Shown here piece after piece: positions 20,526 to 30,630 of a stretch of 64,000 nt of DNA. The DNA comes from an uncultured Planctomycetaceae bacterium (GTDB lineage: Bacteria; Planctomycetota; Planctomycetia; Planctomycetales; Planctomycetaceae). Position numbers and translations under genes: made by a program. The notes under the pieces are model-generated. The model was not told the DNA's origin and did not search any database. It saw only the letters and a list, made by a program, of their open reading frames with translations. The stretch's first letter is position 1. The number at the start of each line of letters is the position of its first letter. The stretch is taken from positions 62,001 through 126,000 of the forward strand of contig CAXBME010000019.1 of the NCBI GenBank assembly GCA_963976765.1. Direction: 5' to 3'.

Positions 20526-22139
20526 ATGTCTGACTCGCCCGATCCCTCATCGCCAAAACCACGTCGAAGTTCCGACCGTCGTCGGGCCGGCGGTGCTGCG
20601 CGGAAAACGCCAGATGGTCGCCAGTCATCGGAGCGGCGGAGACGGAAGGCCCCTTCACTCATTCAAGTGGCCAATGACGGCGCAGGCCAGCAGCGGTCGA
20701 CTGTTGAACTTTTGAAGAAGGAAGCGAAGACCGGGATTCCCGGAGTCGCTGTCAGCACCGCTCTTCATGCCGTCATCCTGCTGGTCATGGCGTTGTTTGT
20801 TGTGCGGATCGATCTCGATACTGAAGGACCACTGAGCTTTGGCTGGGACTACGAAGTCGAGAAAAAAGAAGAAGTGAAGCCGACGGTGATGGCTCCCGTG
20901 AAGATTCAGAGCGTTCAGCTCACTCCGCGTGCTGAGCCGAAGACTACCGAAAAGGTCGAGCTGAAGGTCGAAGCCAAACCAACGATCGCTCGCGTTGTGA
21001 AGCCGGCTGACGTTGCGAAATCTCTGGCGCTGAGAACTCCGAAACGAACGATGGGTAAAGTTGACGGGACCGGGACGAAGGATTCTGTCGAGCAGGCAAT
21101 CAGGTCGGGACTGGAATGGCTCAAGCGTCAGCAGAAATCCGGTGGGAACTGGGAATTGCACGCCGGGTATCCAGACGCGGGGTATTCGGTTTTGAGGACG
21201 GATACCGGAGCCACGGCGCTGGCACTGCTCGCGTTTCTGGGCCATGGACACACTCAGAACGACGGAGATTATCAGGACACCGTCCGCAAAGGTCTTAAAT
21301 GGCTGCGAGGCATTCAGAAGCCGGACGGTGATTACCATGATCACACAGAACTGGGACGCCAAACCGCATTTTATGCGCACTCGCAGGCGACGATTGCAAT
21401 CTGCGAAGCGTACGCGCTGACCGGTGATCAGGAACTGGCTGCGTCGGCGGATCGGGCGATTCAGTTTCTGCTGACATCGCAACATCCTTCGGAAGGGGGG
21501 TGGAGATATCAGCCACAGGAACGCGATTCGATGGGCGATCTGTCGGTGACCGGCTGGGGGTTGATGGCTTTGAATACCGCTCGGATGGCAGGCATCGACG
21601 TGCCGCCGGAAGCATTTGGCCGCGTTTCTTTTTTTCTCGATCAGGTCGCTTCGCAGAACGGTGCACTGTACCGATACCTTCCCAGCGATCCGCCCGGAAA
21701 AGTGAGTCGTGCCATGACGGCCTGCGGCCTGCTGGGGCGTCAGTGGCTTGGTTGGTCAATGGATGATCCGGCCATGATCGAAGGTGTCGAGTGGTTATTG
21801 CGGCCCGAGTTTGCGCCTCAGTGGTCTGACGGAAGGCGAAATGTCTACGAGTGGTATTACGTCGGGCAAACGCTGCATAACCTGGGCGGAGACCGGTTTA
21901 AACGGTGGTTCGGAACGGTCCAGAATCTGATTGTCGAGAATCAGAAACGTCGAGGCAGTCGCAAGGCTCCGGATGACGTTGCTGGAAGCTGGAGTCCTGT
22001 TGAACCATCCGGCTCACCTGACGAATACGCGAACAAAGCCGGGCGGCTTTATATGACTGCCATGTGTCTGCTGGTGCTTGAAACCCCGGTCAGACATGCC
22101 CCGATTTATCCCGAGGCTCCTTCTGAGCCTGAACTGTAG
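20526..22139 (+). CDS. Membrane-anchored prenyltransferase/squalene-oxidase repeat protein
   Basis: Basic disordered N-terminus, TM STALHAVILLVMALF, K/E/P linker, repeats GLEWLKRQQ..GNW, GGWRY, DLSVTGW, YEWYY. Confidence 0.85.
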   Translation: MSDSPDPSSPKPRRSSDRRRAGGAARKTPDGRQSSERRRRKAPSLIQVANDGAGQQRSTVELLKKEAKTGIPGVAVSTALHAVILLVMALFVVRIDLDTEGPLSFGWDYEVEKKEEVKPTVMAPVKIQSVQLTPRAEPKTTEKVELKVEAKPTIARVVKPADVAKSLALRTPKRTMGKVDGTGTKDSVEQAIRSGLEWLKRQQKSGGNWELHAGYPDAGYSVLRTDTGATALALLAFLGHGHTQNDGDYQDTVRKGLKWLRGIQKPDGDYHDHTELGRQTAFYAHSQATIAICEAYALTGDQELAASADRAIQFLLTSQHPSEGGWRYQPQERDSMGDLSVTGWGLMALNTARMAGIDVPPEAFGRVSFFLDQVASQNGALYRYLPSDPPGKVSRAMTACGLLGRQWLGWSMDDPAMIEGVEWLLRPEFAPQWSDGRRNVYEWYYVGQTLHNLGGDRFKRWFGTVQNLIVENQKRRGSRKAPDDVAGSWSPVEPSGSPDEYANKAGRLYMTAMCLLVLETPVRHAPIYPEAPSEPEL

Positions 22140-22157
22140 AATGTCGGAGACAGACAA

Positions 22158-23090
22158 ATGCGACTTTGCCGTTTCGAACACGATTCGAAAATTCAGGTTG
22201 GCTTTTACGACGAAGATTTTGTGATCCCACTGGCCGCCGCGTCTGACCACACCGGAATCGCACTCGAAGAATCATCTGATTTGATTGCTCACCTTCCAGG
22301 TGGGGCACTTCGCCAGACGGTTGAGGCGATTCAGGCTCGACTTGTCAACAATATGGATGAAGAGCTGGGCGAGCTTCGGCTTGATACGGAAGCTGTCAAA
22401 CTTCTAGTGCCGAATCCAGCGCCGTCGAAGTTGCTGCTTCTTGCTGGAAACTATGCAAAGCACATCGAAGAAGGTGGCGGGCGAGCGTCGGAAAGGGACC
22501 GAACTTTTCCCTACGTTTTCATGAAGCCGCCAGGCACGACGCTGACGAATCCCGGCGATCCGGTTCGGATTCCGGAAATCTCACCAGACCATGTCGACTG
22601 GGAACTGGAACTCGGCGTTATTATCGGCAGGCAATGTAAAGGTGTTTCGGAAGCTGACGCGCTGAGTTACGTCGCTGGTTACAGCGTGATCAACGACATT
22701 TCGGATCGGAAGTTCCAGCCAAACCCCGGTCGCGAAGAGCGAGCCAAGGACGGATTCTTCGACTGGCTGCACGGCAAGTGGCACGACACCTTCTGCCCGA
22801 TGGGGCCTTGTGTTCTTCCGGCAAATGAATGTGATGATCCTCAGGATCTGCACTTGACGCTGAAAGTGAACGGCGAAGTCGAGCAGGATGGATCTACTGG
22901 TGAGATGGTCTTCCCGGTCGCGGCGATCGTTGAGTTCATTTCCAGCTTTGTCACGCTTGAACCTGGCGACATTATTTCAACGGGGACGACCGCAGGAGTT
23001 GGGGCCGCGAAGAACAGGTTTCTGAAATCTGGCGACATCGTCCACGCCGAGATCCAGCACATCGGCATTCTTAGAAATCCCGTCGAATAA
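22158..23090 (+). CDS. Fumarylacetoacetate hydrolase family protein
   Basis: GNYAKH, FMKP, DWELELGVIIG, NDISDR, TLEPGDIISTGT. Confidence 0.95.
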   Translation: MRLCRFEHDSKIQVGFYDEDFVIPLAAASDHTGIALEESSDLIAHLPGGALRQTVEAIQARLVNNMDEELGELRLDTEAVKLLVPNPAPSKLLLLAGNYAKHIEEGGGRASERDRTFPYVFMKPPGTTLTNPGDPVRIPEISPDHVDWELELGVIIGRQCKGVSEADALSYVAGYSVINDISDRKFQPNPGREERAKDGFFDWLHGKWHDTFCPMGPCVLPANECDDPQDLHLTLKVNGEVEQDGSTGEMVFPVAAIVEFISSFVTLEPGDIISTGTTAGVGAAKNRFLKSGDIVHAEIQHIGILRNPVE

Positions 23091-23209
23091 TTTTCAGCAC
23101 AAACAGGCCGTCTTTTCAGTAAATGAAAACGCCCTTATACCAGTTTGATCTGGTACGAGGGCGTTGTTTATTTCGCGATTCAGCTGGAATGCTGATTGTC
23201 AGTGTTGCC

Positions 23210-23746
23210 TCAAGCAGCGTCGAATTCGGAAATCCGATTCCGCAGCGTCATTGGAAGCAGCATGTCGCTGTTTTCTTCCAGGCGATAACGCATCACGTAC
23301 GCATCTTCTGTGGTGTCGTCGTAGTGTCCGCGAAGGATGGACACCGCTCGGAATCCGTGGTTGCTGAAGAACAGCTGGGCCGAAAGGTTTGTTTCGCGAA
23401 CTTCGAGAATGATTTCGTTCCGACGCTGCTGCGACAGTTTATCGACCAGCTTCTGCACCATCTGAGTGCCGACCTGGTTTCGTCGAGCTTCGTCTGCAAC
23501 GGCAAAATTCAGGATGTTGAGTTTCGATTTGTGCAGCTCATAGATCATGAAGCCGACAATTTTCTGCTCGTGCTCCGCGACCATGCCGATGCAGTTTCGC
23601 TGGCGGAGGCAACTCAGAAAGTCTTCTTCCGTCCAGGGAAACTCAAAGCTCTCATGCTCAATGCGCAGAACATCCGCCATATCTCGACGAATCAGCCAAC
23701 GGATTTGAACCGTCAGTTCTGGCTGTTCCTGGTGACGAACGGTCAT
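23210..23746 (-). CDS. rimI: Ribosomal-protein-alanine N-acetyltransferase (GNAT)
   Basis: IE..SFEFPW, ILNFAV...RR..VG, LEVRETN..AQ.F, EDAYVM; strong SD AAGGAGG. Confidence 0.9.
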   Translation of the reverse strand: MTVRHQEQPELTVQIRWLIRRDMADVLRIEHESFEFPWTEEDFLSCLRQRNCIGMVAEHEQKIVGFMIYELHKSKLNILNFAVADEARRNQVGTQMVQKLVDKLSQQRRNEIILEVRETNLSAQLFFSNHGFRAVSILRGHYDDTTEDAYVMRYRLEENSDMLLPMTLRNRISEFDAA

Positions 23747-23942
23747 GATGGCCTCCTTGCCATTTTTATGACGCCGATACTTTGTGCGAATAAGGGTCGG
23801 GACGATATCAAAGGGGACTTATCAGGCCTAGACCTGTTTTTCGCATTTTTGAGGCGAAAAAAATGGCGAATCCTGCAGTTGGTAGTGGAGCAGGCGTCGC
23901 TTCGTTTCGTGAAGACAGCAGCCGCCCGGGATGATGGATTCC

Positions 23943-24329
23943 TCATCCTGCAGAGCTCTCCGGCGGTCGAAGGACAAGGCGGTTCAGAATTCGATCAACG
24001 TTCGCGACGCTGCAAACGAGCCGCTCGACATCGGTCAGCTCGCTGCGGGTTTCGACCGTGCCTTCAAGGCAGATTCCATCTTTGATCTGACGAACGACCA
24101 GCGACGAAATCCTGAGATGCGGGGCGGAAAACAGCTTCTGCCGAACAGCGTGTTCCAGCACCGAACCCGAGTCGGCAGGAATCTCATCACTTGCTGACGC
24201 GTCGTTCGACGCTGCGTCGAGACCAGCCTCTGCTGCCACCGGCTGATCATCGAGGGCGGGTAATTTGATTCGCGGATGCGGGATTAAGAATGCGTCCGCC
24301 GTGTCAACTCTCAGCTTCCGTTCTGCCAT
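23943..24329 (-). CDS. Small BON-domain-like protein
   Basis: ATG 24329 preceded by AGGAGGGG. C-half LVVRQIKDGICLEGTV...VANVDRILNRLVL fits the BON pattern. Confidence 0.65.
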   Translation of the reverse strand: MAERKLRVDTADAFLIPHPRIKLPALDDQPVAAEAGLDAASNDASASDEIPADSGSVLEHAVRQKLFSAPHLRISSLVVRQIKDGICLEGTVETRSELTDVERLVCSVANVDRILNRLVLRPPESSAG

Positions 24330-24447
24330 GTTTACCCCTCCTGGAACGTTCATGGTTCTCAGGAGTGTAATCAGCCGGTCGCCAAAGTGTACCGAAGACG
24401 CAAATCCGAAGTCGCTTTCGTTGCGGCTGTGCCGCCGTCGTGTCAGA

Positions 24448-24831
24448 TCAGGACTTGCCGTAGACGTCCTTCGGGTCAAACACTCGATCGCCGACCACTT
24501 CGACATTGCCGGTGGCAGGGTCGACTTTGCGGAAGAAGCAGCTCTTGTAGCCCTCGTGGCAGGCGGCTCCGCCGATCTGGTTGACTCGAATGAGCAGCGT
24601 GTCGGCGTCGCAATCGTAGAAAATACTTTTGACTTCCTGAACGTTGCCGCTTTCTTCACCCTTTCGCCACAGTTTCGAGCGGCTGCGACTGTAGTAGCAG
24701 ACTCGTCCAGTCTTGATCGTCTCGCCCCAGGCCTCTTCGTTCATGTAGGCCAGCATCAGCACATCGCCGGTTTCATCATCCTGAGCAATGACAGGGATCA
24801 GTTCCATTTTCTCGAAATTCGGGCCGCTCAT
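24448..24831 (-). CDS. hisI: Phosphoribosyl-AMP cyclohydrolase
   Basis: [38 protein letters not shown]. Confidence 0.97.
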   Translation of the reverse strand: MSGPNFEKMELIPVIAQDDETGDVLMLAYMNEEAWGETIKTGRVCYYSRSRSKLWRKGEESGNVQEVKSIFYDCDADTLLIRVNQIGGAACHEGYKSCFFRKVDPATGNVEVVGDRVFDPKDVYGKS

Positions 24832-25082
24832 GAGTCTGCTGTTTCCTGTGATAAATCGATTGGCTATGGGCGATTTTCAAGTAAAAAACGCTCAGGTCTT
24901 GAAGACAGGACCGAGCGTGAATCCGTTCGCCTGGACGTGTTCAGAATTCAGAAATCGAAGTACCCCGATCTTTTTCAGTGTCGGCACTCGTCCTGACGTG
25001 GCAGTCTAACGGTGGATAATTGGTCCGTCCACGACTGCCCGCTCGAGGATTAGCGATTCGAGAGTCGCGAATTGAATTGAAG

Positions 25083-28000
25083 TTACGCCTGTGCCAGTTC
25101 GATTGGCGTGAGATCGGGACGCAGTTTTCGAATGAGTTCTGTCATGTGCTCGTGGCAGGTGAGAAACAGAACCTGAATTTCATTCGGAAGTTCGAACAGA
25201 ACTTCGAGCGTGTTCGTTGCCCGTTGCTCGTCGAAATTCACGAGGATGTCGTCCATGATCAACGGCAGCGGTTCAGAGTCACGGCAGTATTGCTGAACGT
25301 AGGCCAGCCGGATCGCCAGATAAAGTTGCTCTCGCGTGCCGGTGCTGAGCTGGTCTGGAGACTTGCGAATTCCATCGGCCTGTTCGAGCTGCAGGGTGCG
25401 GTCTTCGTCCAGCTTCTGACTCAGTCCGACGTAACGGGCGTTCGTCATACGGGAAAACAGTCGCGAGACCTCTTCAAAGAGTGCCGGCTGATGATTCAGT
25501 TCAAACTCGCGAATCGCGCGAGACATGATTGCTCGTGCCAGAACAAGTGGTGCCCAGCGATCGACTGCGTCACTCAGTTTTGCCAGTTCGCTCTCAACCT
25601 TCTGCTGCCCGGAAGTTGCAGTGCTGGCCTGGTTGAACTCTTCGAGCCGGAGTCTCGCGGACTTGCGGTCTTCGACAGCGACTTCGTATTTCTCATCGAG
25701 CGCAGACTGTTCTTCTGAAAACTCGCGACATGTTGCCGCCAGCTGGTCTGGATCGGCAGCTTCCAGGTCAGCGAGAAACGCTGCTTCGTCTTCGGTTTCG
25801 CGAAGTAGTGCGATTGATCGTTCGTACTGACCGATTTCATTTTCGATCTGCTGCTGTTTGATGGACGCCTGAGCGATCGCAAAGAACTCGTCGTCAGCTT
25901 CAACGCCAGCAGACTCACGGCTCTTACGCAGCCGGTCCTCAAGTTCGAGACGTCGTTTGTGGAGTGTCTCGATTTCTCCAGAAAGTCTTTGAACGTTCTG
26001 CGTCCCCGACTCGTACGACTGTTGAGTGTGCCGGGCAGTTGACAGCAGCTCGCTCAACCGTGCGATCGCGTCGGGCGGCGCGAGTTCGATCAGATCGTCC
26101 GCGACGTTGCGGCACAGTTCTCGTTGACTTGCGGAAAAATGTTCGCACTCGGCAGTCATCTCGGCAATCTGCTGCTCAAGCCGGCGGGCCTGATCGAGCT
26201 TCAGCCTCGCTGCGGCAAGTCCATTCAGAATTCGCTCGGCGATGGTCACCGTCCAGTCAGTCGGCAATCCGAGCTTCTGCAACAGTTCGGTTCGTCGCTG
26301 GTCGAGTGACTTCTGCTGATCGACCATCGCGAGCGATTTTTCACGTAGCCTGTCAAGCTGGTCGGTCTGTTCCGAAAAATCGCGTTTCAGTCGTTCACGA
26401 TCGCGAGCTGTCGCACGTGCCTGCTCGACTCGCTGCTGCGCGGCGCTCAGCAATACATCGAGTTTTCGCCCGGTTGGTGCCGCATCGGCTTTTCCTTGTG
26501 AAGTTTCATCGAGCATCGTTGACAACGATGTAACGAACTCAGCAACAGACGTTTCGCCGTACTCGATCTGCCGCCGTAGCCGCGAGCATTCCTGCTGGTT
26601 GCTGACGATCTGGCAGAAAGCCGTCCGCCATTCGAGCATGACTTCCGGACGGAGTGGTGCAAAACCGAAACCCGACCAGACTTCCGCCCACTCATCAAGC
26701 AGCGTTCGTCGTTGTTCCTCGACGGCCTGAATGGCCGCCTCTGAGTCTGCAACTCGATCGCGTGCTCGCGCAATTGTCACCATCAGAGTGTCGAGTCTTG
26801 CGACAACTTCTGCATGACTCTGCCGCTCGTCGGCCAACTGGTCCGCTTTTTGAATCTGTTCTTCAAATCGATCAGGCAGAAGTGTCACATTGATGGTTGC
26901 TGATTGCTCGCCATCAGGAACTTCCTGGATGCCCGGCTCGTCACCGCCTTCGATGAGAACACGACGAATTCTCAGCCAGTCGGAATCTCGCCGCTGCCGT
27001 TGCCGATCGAGGTCGTCGCGGCTTGGAACGTCGCTCTGTTGAGTCAGGTCGTCGCGATCGCGTTCCCGCTGAGAAAGTTCGTCTCGATCGCGTTTCAACT
27101 GTTGCCGAGCCTGTTCAAACTCGCGATCACACTCCGTGAAGCGCTGACGAAATTCCTGAAGCGTTGCTTCGGCGGGAATCGGGAGCGATTCGATTTTGCG
27201 GAGCGTCTCTGCCTCCAGTTGCGGACTCAGTCTCGCGAAGCTGTTCTGAACCAGAGCGTCGAGTGTCGCGAGTTGTCCTGCGGCGGTTGCTGCATCATCA
27301 CGTTGCTTGAGGATCGCGCGATCCTCCTCGACGAAAACTATCAATTTCGGATCAGCAGGAATCTCTTCAAGCTGAGCCAGTTCTCGCTGCAGACGCTCCA
27401 TGCTGCTTTGAGCTTCGTCGAGTCGTGTGTCGTTTGTGCGTTGCTTTTCGCTGAACTGCCGCAGTTCGTCAGCCAGTTCCGTGAATGCCGCCTCCGTCGC
27501 CTCTGTCACCTGAAATCGTTCGAGATCGTCGAGTGACCAGTCCGGTTGCAGCCGCTTCAGATCGTTCGCGACATCGTCCTGCAACTGCTGAACCTCCTGC
27601 TGCTGTCGTGGCAGGGCGGTCATAAATCCGCGAATTCGTCCAACGTCCTGTTGCAGACGCTTGATCGAGGTTTCGGCATTCAGCACATCCGGTTGCAGCG
27701 TCAGTGCCTGCAATTGACGGACGGCCTGTGCTTTTTCTGCTTCGAGCCGCGTTGCCTCTTCTGACAACTCGTCGAGCCGCTGTAACTGAGTACGGTGCTG
27801 CTCGCTGGCCTGTTCTGAGATTCGAACCGTACAACCGGCGGCTGCGAGTTCTTCTCGCAATCGGCAAAGTTTCAAAAACGGTTCGAGTGCTTTGAGTAGA
27901 CGACTTGAATGCGCTGAACGGCGTTGCAGATTCTCCCGTTCCCGTCGGAGCGACTCGACCACCTCTGATGCCTGCTTTTCGGCTTTCTCGGCTTCTTTGT

Positions 28001-28613
28001 AGTCGCGTGGCGAAACGATTGACTGCTTCAGTGTTTTACGGCTTTCTTTAAGCTCGTTGAGGATTCGGTTGATTTCCTGGTTCGAGCCTCGGCCTCGAGG
28101 ATTGAACAGCTTTTCGTGCTCGGCCTGAATTTCTTCCCGCAGTTTCTGGAAGTTTGTCAGTCCGCCGAGACCGCCTCCGTATAGAGCCTCGCTGAGATTG
28201 GCGTGTTTGAGACTTTCTTCTCCGGACGCCAGCTCTTTCAGTGAGAACCCGAAAACGTGCTCGTACAGTTTGCCCGATGCGTTACCAAGTAATCGACTAA
28301 GCGATGCGTCATCAATGTCGGTTGCGCCGCCGTCAATAACGCCAGTCACTGTTCGGCCTCGACCCTTGCGACGTCGAAACGTGACTCGCTGGTCGTCGCG
28401 CAGGTTGATCGCAGCTTCGGCTTCGAGCTTGCCACTGTCGAAGCTGTACGGGCTGCGGTGCGGAAATCCGAACAGCAGCTCCCGAATCAGTTGCAACAGG
28501 GTACTTTTGCCGGCTTCGTTCGGTCCGTAAATGAGCTGAAAGCCAGGTGCGAATTGCAATTTTGTTCCGGAAAAAACGCCGAAGCGGTCGATCTCGAGGG
28601 ATTCGAGTTTCAT
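25083..28613 (-). CDS. yhaN: YhaN-family SMC/Rad50-like coiled-coil ATPase
   Basis: N-terminal YGPNEAGKST, long coiled coil, C-terminal LSTGTREQLYLAIRLA, PLIMDDILVNFD and LTCH. ATGA overlap with the upstream nuclease gene. Confidence 0.88.
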   Translation of the reverse strand: MKLESLEIDRFGVFSGTKLQFAPGFQLIYGPNEAGKSTLLQLIRELLFGFPHRSPYSFDSGKLEAEAAINLRDDQRVTFRRRKGRGRTVTGVIDGGATDIDDASLSRLLGNASGKLYEHVFGFSLKELASGEESLKHANLSEALYGGGLGGLTNFQKLREEIQAEHEKLFNPRGRGSNQEINRILNELKESRKTLKQSIVSPRDYKEAEKAEKQASEVVESLRRERENLQRRSAHSSRLLKALEPFLKLCRLREELAAAGCTVRISEQASEQHRTQLQRLDELSEEATRLEAEKAQAVRQLQALTLQPDVLNAETSIKRLQQDVGRIRGFMTALPRQQQEVQQLQDDVANDLKRLQPDWSLDDLERFQVTEATEAAFTELADELRQFSEKQRTNDTRLDEAQSSMERLQRELAQLEEIPADPKLIVFVEEDRAILKQRDDAATAAGQLATLDALVQNSFARLSPQLEAETLRKIESLPIPAEATLQEFRQRFTECDREFEQARQQLKRDRDELSQRERDRDDLTQQSDVPSRDDLDRQRQRRDSDWLRIRRVLIEGGDEPGIQEVPDGEQSATINVTLLPDRFEEQIQKADQLADERQSHAEVVARLDTLMVTIARARDRVADSEAAIQAVEEQRRTLLDEWAEVWSGFGFAPLRPEVMLEWRTAFCQIVSNQQECSRLRRQIEYGETSVAEFVTSLSTMLDETSQGKADAAPTGRKLDVLLSAAQQRVEQARATARDRERLKRDFSEQTDQLDRLREKSLAMVDQQKSLDQRRTELLQKLGLPTDWTVTIAERILNGLAAARLKLDQARRLEQQIAEMTAECEHFSASQRELCRNVADDLIELAPPDAIARLSELLSTARHTQQSYESGTQNVQRLSGEIETLHKRRLELEDRLRKSRESAGVEADDEFFAIAQASIKQQQIENEIGQYERSIALLRETEDEAAFLADLEAADPDQLAATCREFSEEQSALDEKYEVAVEDRKSARLRLEEFNQASTATSGQQKVESELAKLSDAVDRWAPLVLARAIMSRAIREFELNHQPALFEEVSRLFSRMTNARYVGLSQKLDEDRTLQLEQADGIRKSPDQLSTGTREQLYLAIRLAYVQQYCRDSEPLPLIMDDILVNFDEQRATNTLEVLFELPNEIQVLFLTCHEHMTELIRKLRPDLTPIELAQA

Positions 28614-29908
28614 GCGCCGTCTCCGATCCTTGCAAGCAGAAACGACTCTGCCTGCCGCAGCCAGCGGACAAGCAGATCGGAGTCAGTCAGGTCAACGCCA
28701 GCTTCCAGCAGTTCCGACGAGGCGCCGCTCTTTTCTCTCAGCGGAGTCAGCTCGTTCGCAATCGCGGTCAGTGCGTCGTGATCCTGAGCCAGCAACTCGA
28801 TATTCCGCAGCAGTTCGCCGACCAGATCGCTGCTCTGTCGAAGCTGTTCGAGATCAATCGGTGGCGATGTCTGAAACTGGATTTTTTCGATCCAGACATC
28901 GTCTTCCCACTCGTTGGCGATGTTTCGGATTTCGTGAACGGCTTCATGCAAAGTGACTGACTGCGACAACGCTTGATGCGCCGTACAAGCGCCGCTGATT
29001 TCGAACCGAATCACCGAGAGCCGGTCGTCGTCCTCGGTGTCGACACTGCGGAACGTTTCGATCGATTCACGAACCCGGTCATACAGCTCCGGCAGCCCGT
29101 CGTCTGTTCCGAGAGTTATTGCTTTGCGATGCCAGCGAGCGGTGTCAAGCGGGCGAAACTCGACGGACTCGATCGCCGCCTCGTTAACAGTTACCAGCAG
29201 ACAGCCTTTAGCATCACATTCGTTGATATGCCGTCCCTGCGTGTTGCCCGAAAAGGCGACGTACGGTTCTTCGCAATGAGTCTCGCGCAGATGAATATGC
29301 CCGAGTGCCCAATAGTCATAACCGCGTCCGCGGAGCACGTCGAGACTCGTCGCGGCGTACGGGTTGTGAGCGGGATGTCCGGTCAGGCTGGTATGAAGCA
29401 CTCCGATATTGAAACGCTCGGGCACCGCGTCCGGATAAGTCGCCGCGAGGTCGTCCTTAACTTCGGCCCGCGCAAAACCCTGTCCATGCAGCGCGACGCG
29501 GACTGAATCCGGAAGCCCGACCTTTTCAGATAGAAACGTCTGGGGTTGGCGCGTGCTGAATTCAAACACGTTTGACGGCCAGCTTACAGCCTGTCGAACT
29601 TTGCTTTCGGCGTCATGATTCCCGCGTAACAGGAACACGGGAATACCGCGCTGGGCAAGTTGTCGGAATTGCCGAGCCGTCCACAGCCCGGTTTCCATGT
29701 TCTGCCACTTGCCGTCGAAGAGGTCGCCAGCGATGACAACAAACGCAACGTCTTCCTCAATCGCCAGCTTGATGAGATTTTCAAAGGCGTCGCGGGTGGC
29801 TCGCCGCAGTCGTTCGACCGGAGCACCCTCGTACGCTTCTAACCCGCGCAAAGGGCTGTCGATGTGGAGGTCAGCCGCGTGAATAAAACGAAAACTGTCG
29901 CTGGGCAT
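28610..29908 (-). CDS. yhaO: YhaO-family (Mre11/SbcD-like) metallophosphoesterase nuclease
   Basis: HAADLHID, AGDLFD, GNHD, GVLHTS, YWALGHIH, GNTQGRH. Start at MPSDSF (ATG 29908). Confidence 0.9.
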   Translation of the reverse strand: MPSDSFRFIHAADLHIDSPLRGLEAYEGAPVERLRRATRDAFENLIKLAIEEDVAFVVIAGDLFDGKWQNMETGLWTARQFRQLAQRGIPVFLLRGNHDAESKVRQAVSWPSNVFEFSTRQPQTFLSEKVGLPDSVRVALHGQGFARAEVKDDLAATYPDAVPERFNIGVLHTSLTGHPAHNPYAATSLDVLRGRGYDYWALGHIHLRETHCEEPYVAFSGNTQGRHINECDAKGCLLVTVNEAAIESVEFRPLDTARWHRKAITLGTDDGLPELYDRVRESIETFRSVDTEDDDRLSVIRFEISGACTAHQALSQSVTLHEAVHEIRNIANEWEDDVWIEKIQFQTSPPIDLEQLRQSSDLVGELLRNIELLAQDHDALTAIANELTPLREKSGASSELLEAGVDLTDSDLLVRWLRQAESFLLARIGDGA

Positions 29909-30046
29909 CCTGCTTCCCTGATGTCGTGAGAGCGTTGCAGCTCTGGGCAGACCAAAGAGGCTCCGCAAGGTATCGCCTGACCTCCTCCGCTTCCACGGAA
30001 ACCTCTTAAAACCGTTTGAGGCGGAAGGCGGCACATGGTGAGCCTT

Positions 30047-30457
30047 TCAATTCACTTCCGAGCAAAGAGCTTCGATGGCGTGGCGTCGCGACGGGAAATG
30101 CGTCCATTCCGAGCGTTGCCCCATCGGCTCTGTCGCGTTCAGGCGAGTAATGGCTTTTGCAATTTCATCGGTACAACCGCAAATCGCCGCGTCGCCACCG
30201 CAGTCGCGGATTCGCAATGTCAGCGCAATCACGATTCCCATCGACACTGAATCCAATTTTTCACAGATTCGGAAATCAAACAGCAGCCCACTGACCTCGG
30301 GCTCGCTGACTGCTTTCATCAACCGGTTGTACTCGAATTGTTTCGACCGGTAATTGGCCGCTGCGGGGTCAGTAATCAAGGTGAGAATCAAAACTCCGGA
30401 AACCTGTTCGGCGACGAATATGGGCTCATCGCCGCGAACGGAATAGACGCCACTCAT
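30047..30457 (-). CDS. STAS domain protein (anti-anti-sigma-like)
   Basis: LLFDFRICEKLDSVSMGIVI...GGDAAICG; 136 aa from ATG 30457. Confidence 0.78.
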   Translation of the reverse strand: MSGVYSVRGDEPIFVAEQVSGVLILTLITDPAAANYRSKQFEYNRLMKAVSEPEVSGLLFDFRICEKLDSVSMGIVIALTLRIRDCGGDAAICGCTDEIAKAITRLNATEPMGQRSEWTHFPSRRHAIEALCSEVN

Positions 30458-30630
30458 GATGTCGACCTGCTCTAGCGGGAAAGAGAACTTAGCGGAACCT
30501 GGGCGCTGACAACTCAGCATAGCGAGCAGGTTTGTCGACTTGAAACGGACGTCCGTCTGATGCCAGACTCCGTCTGTAACCTGAAAATGTGGTCGAGATA
30601 TCTCGATCAGTCTGTTCCCGCGGAGTCATC

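Noticed and set aside
20526..22139. Squalene-hopene cyclase
   Set aside because: No DxDD catalytic motif, and it has a TM plus linker architecture; only the repeat fold is shared.
23123..24085. 320-aa plus-strand ORF
   Set aside because: Antisense shadow of rimI and the BON-like gene, which have clear motifs and SD sites.
24330..24659. N-terminal extension of the 238-aa ORF 23943..24659
   Set aside because: Overlaps hisI in another frame; a strong SD supports the start at 24329.
24265..24996. 243-aa plus-strand ORF
   Set aside because: Antisense to hisI; no motif of its own.
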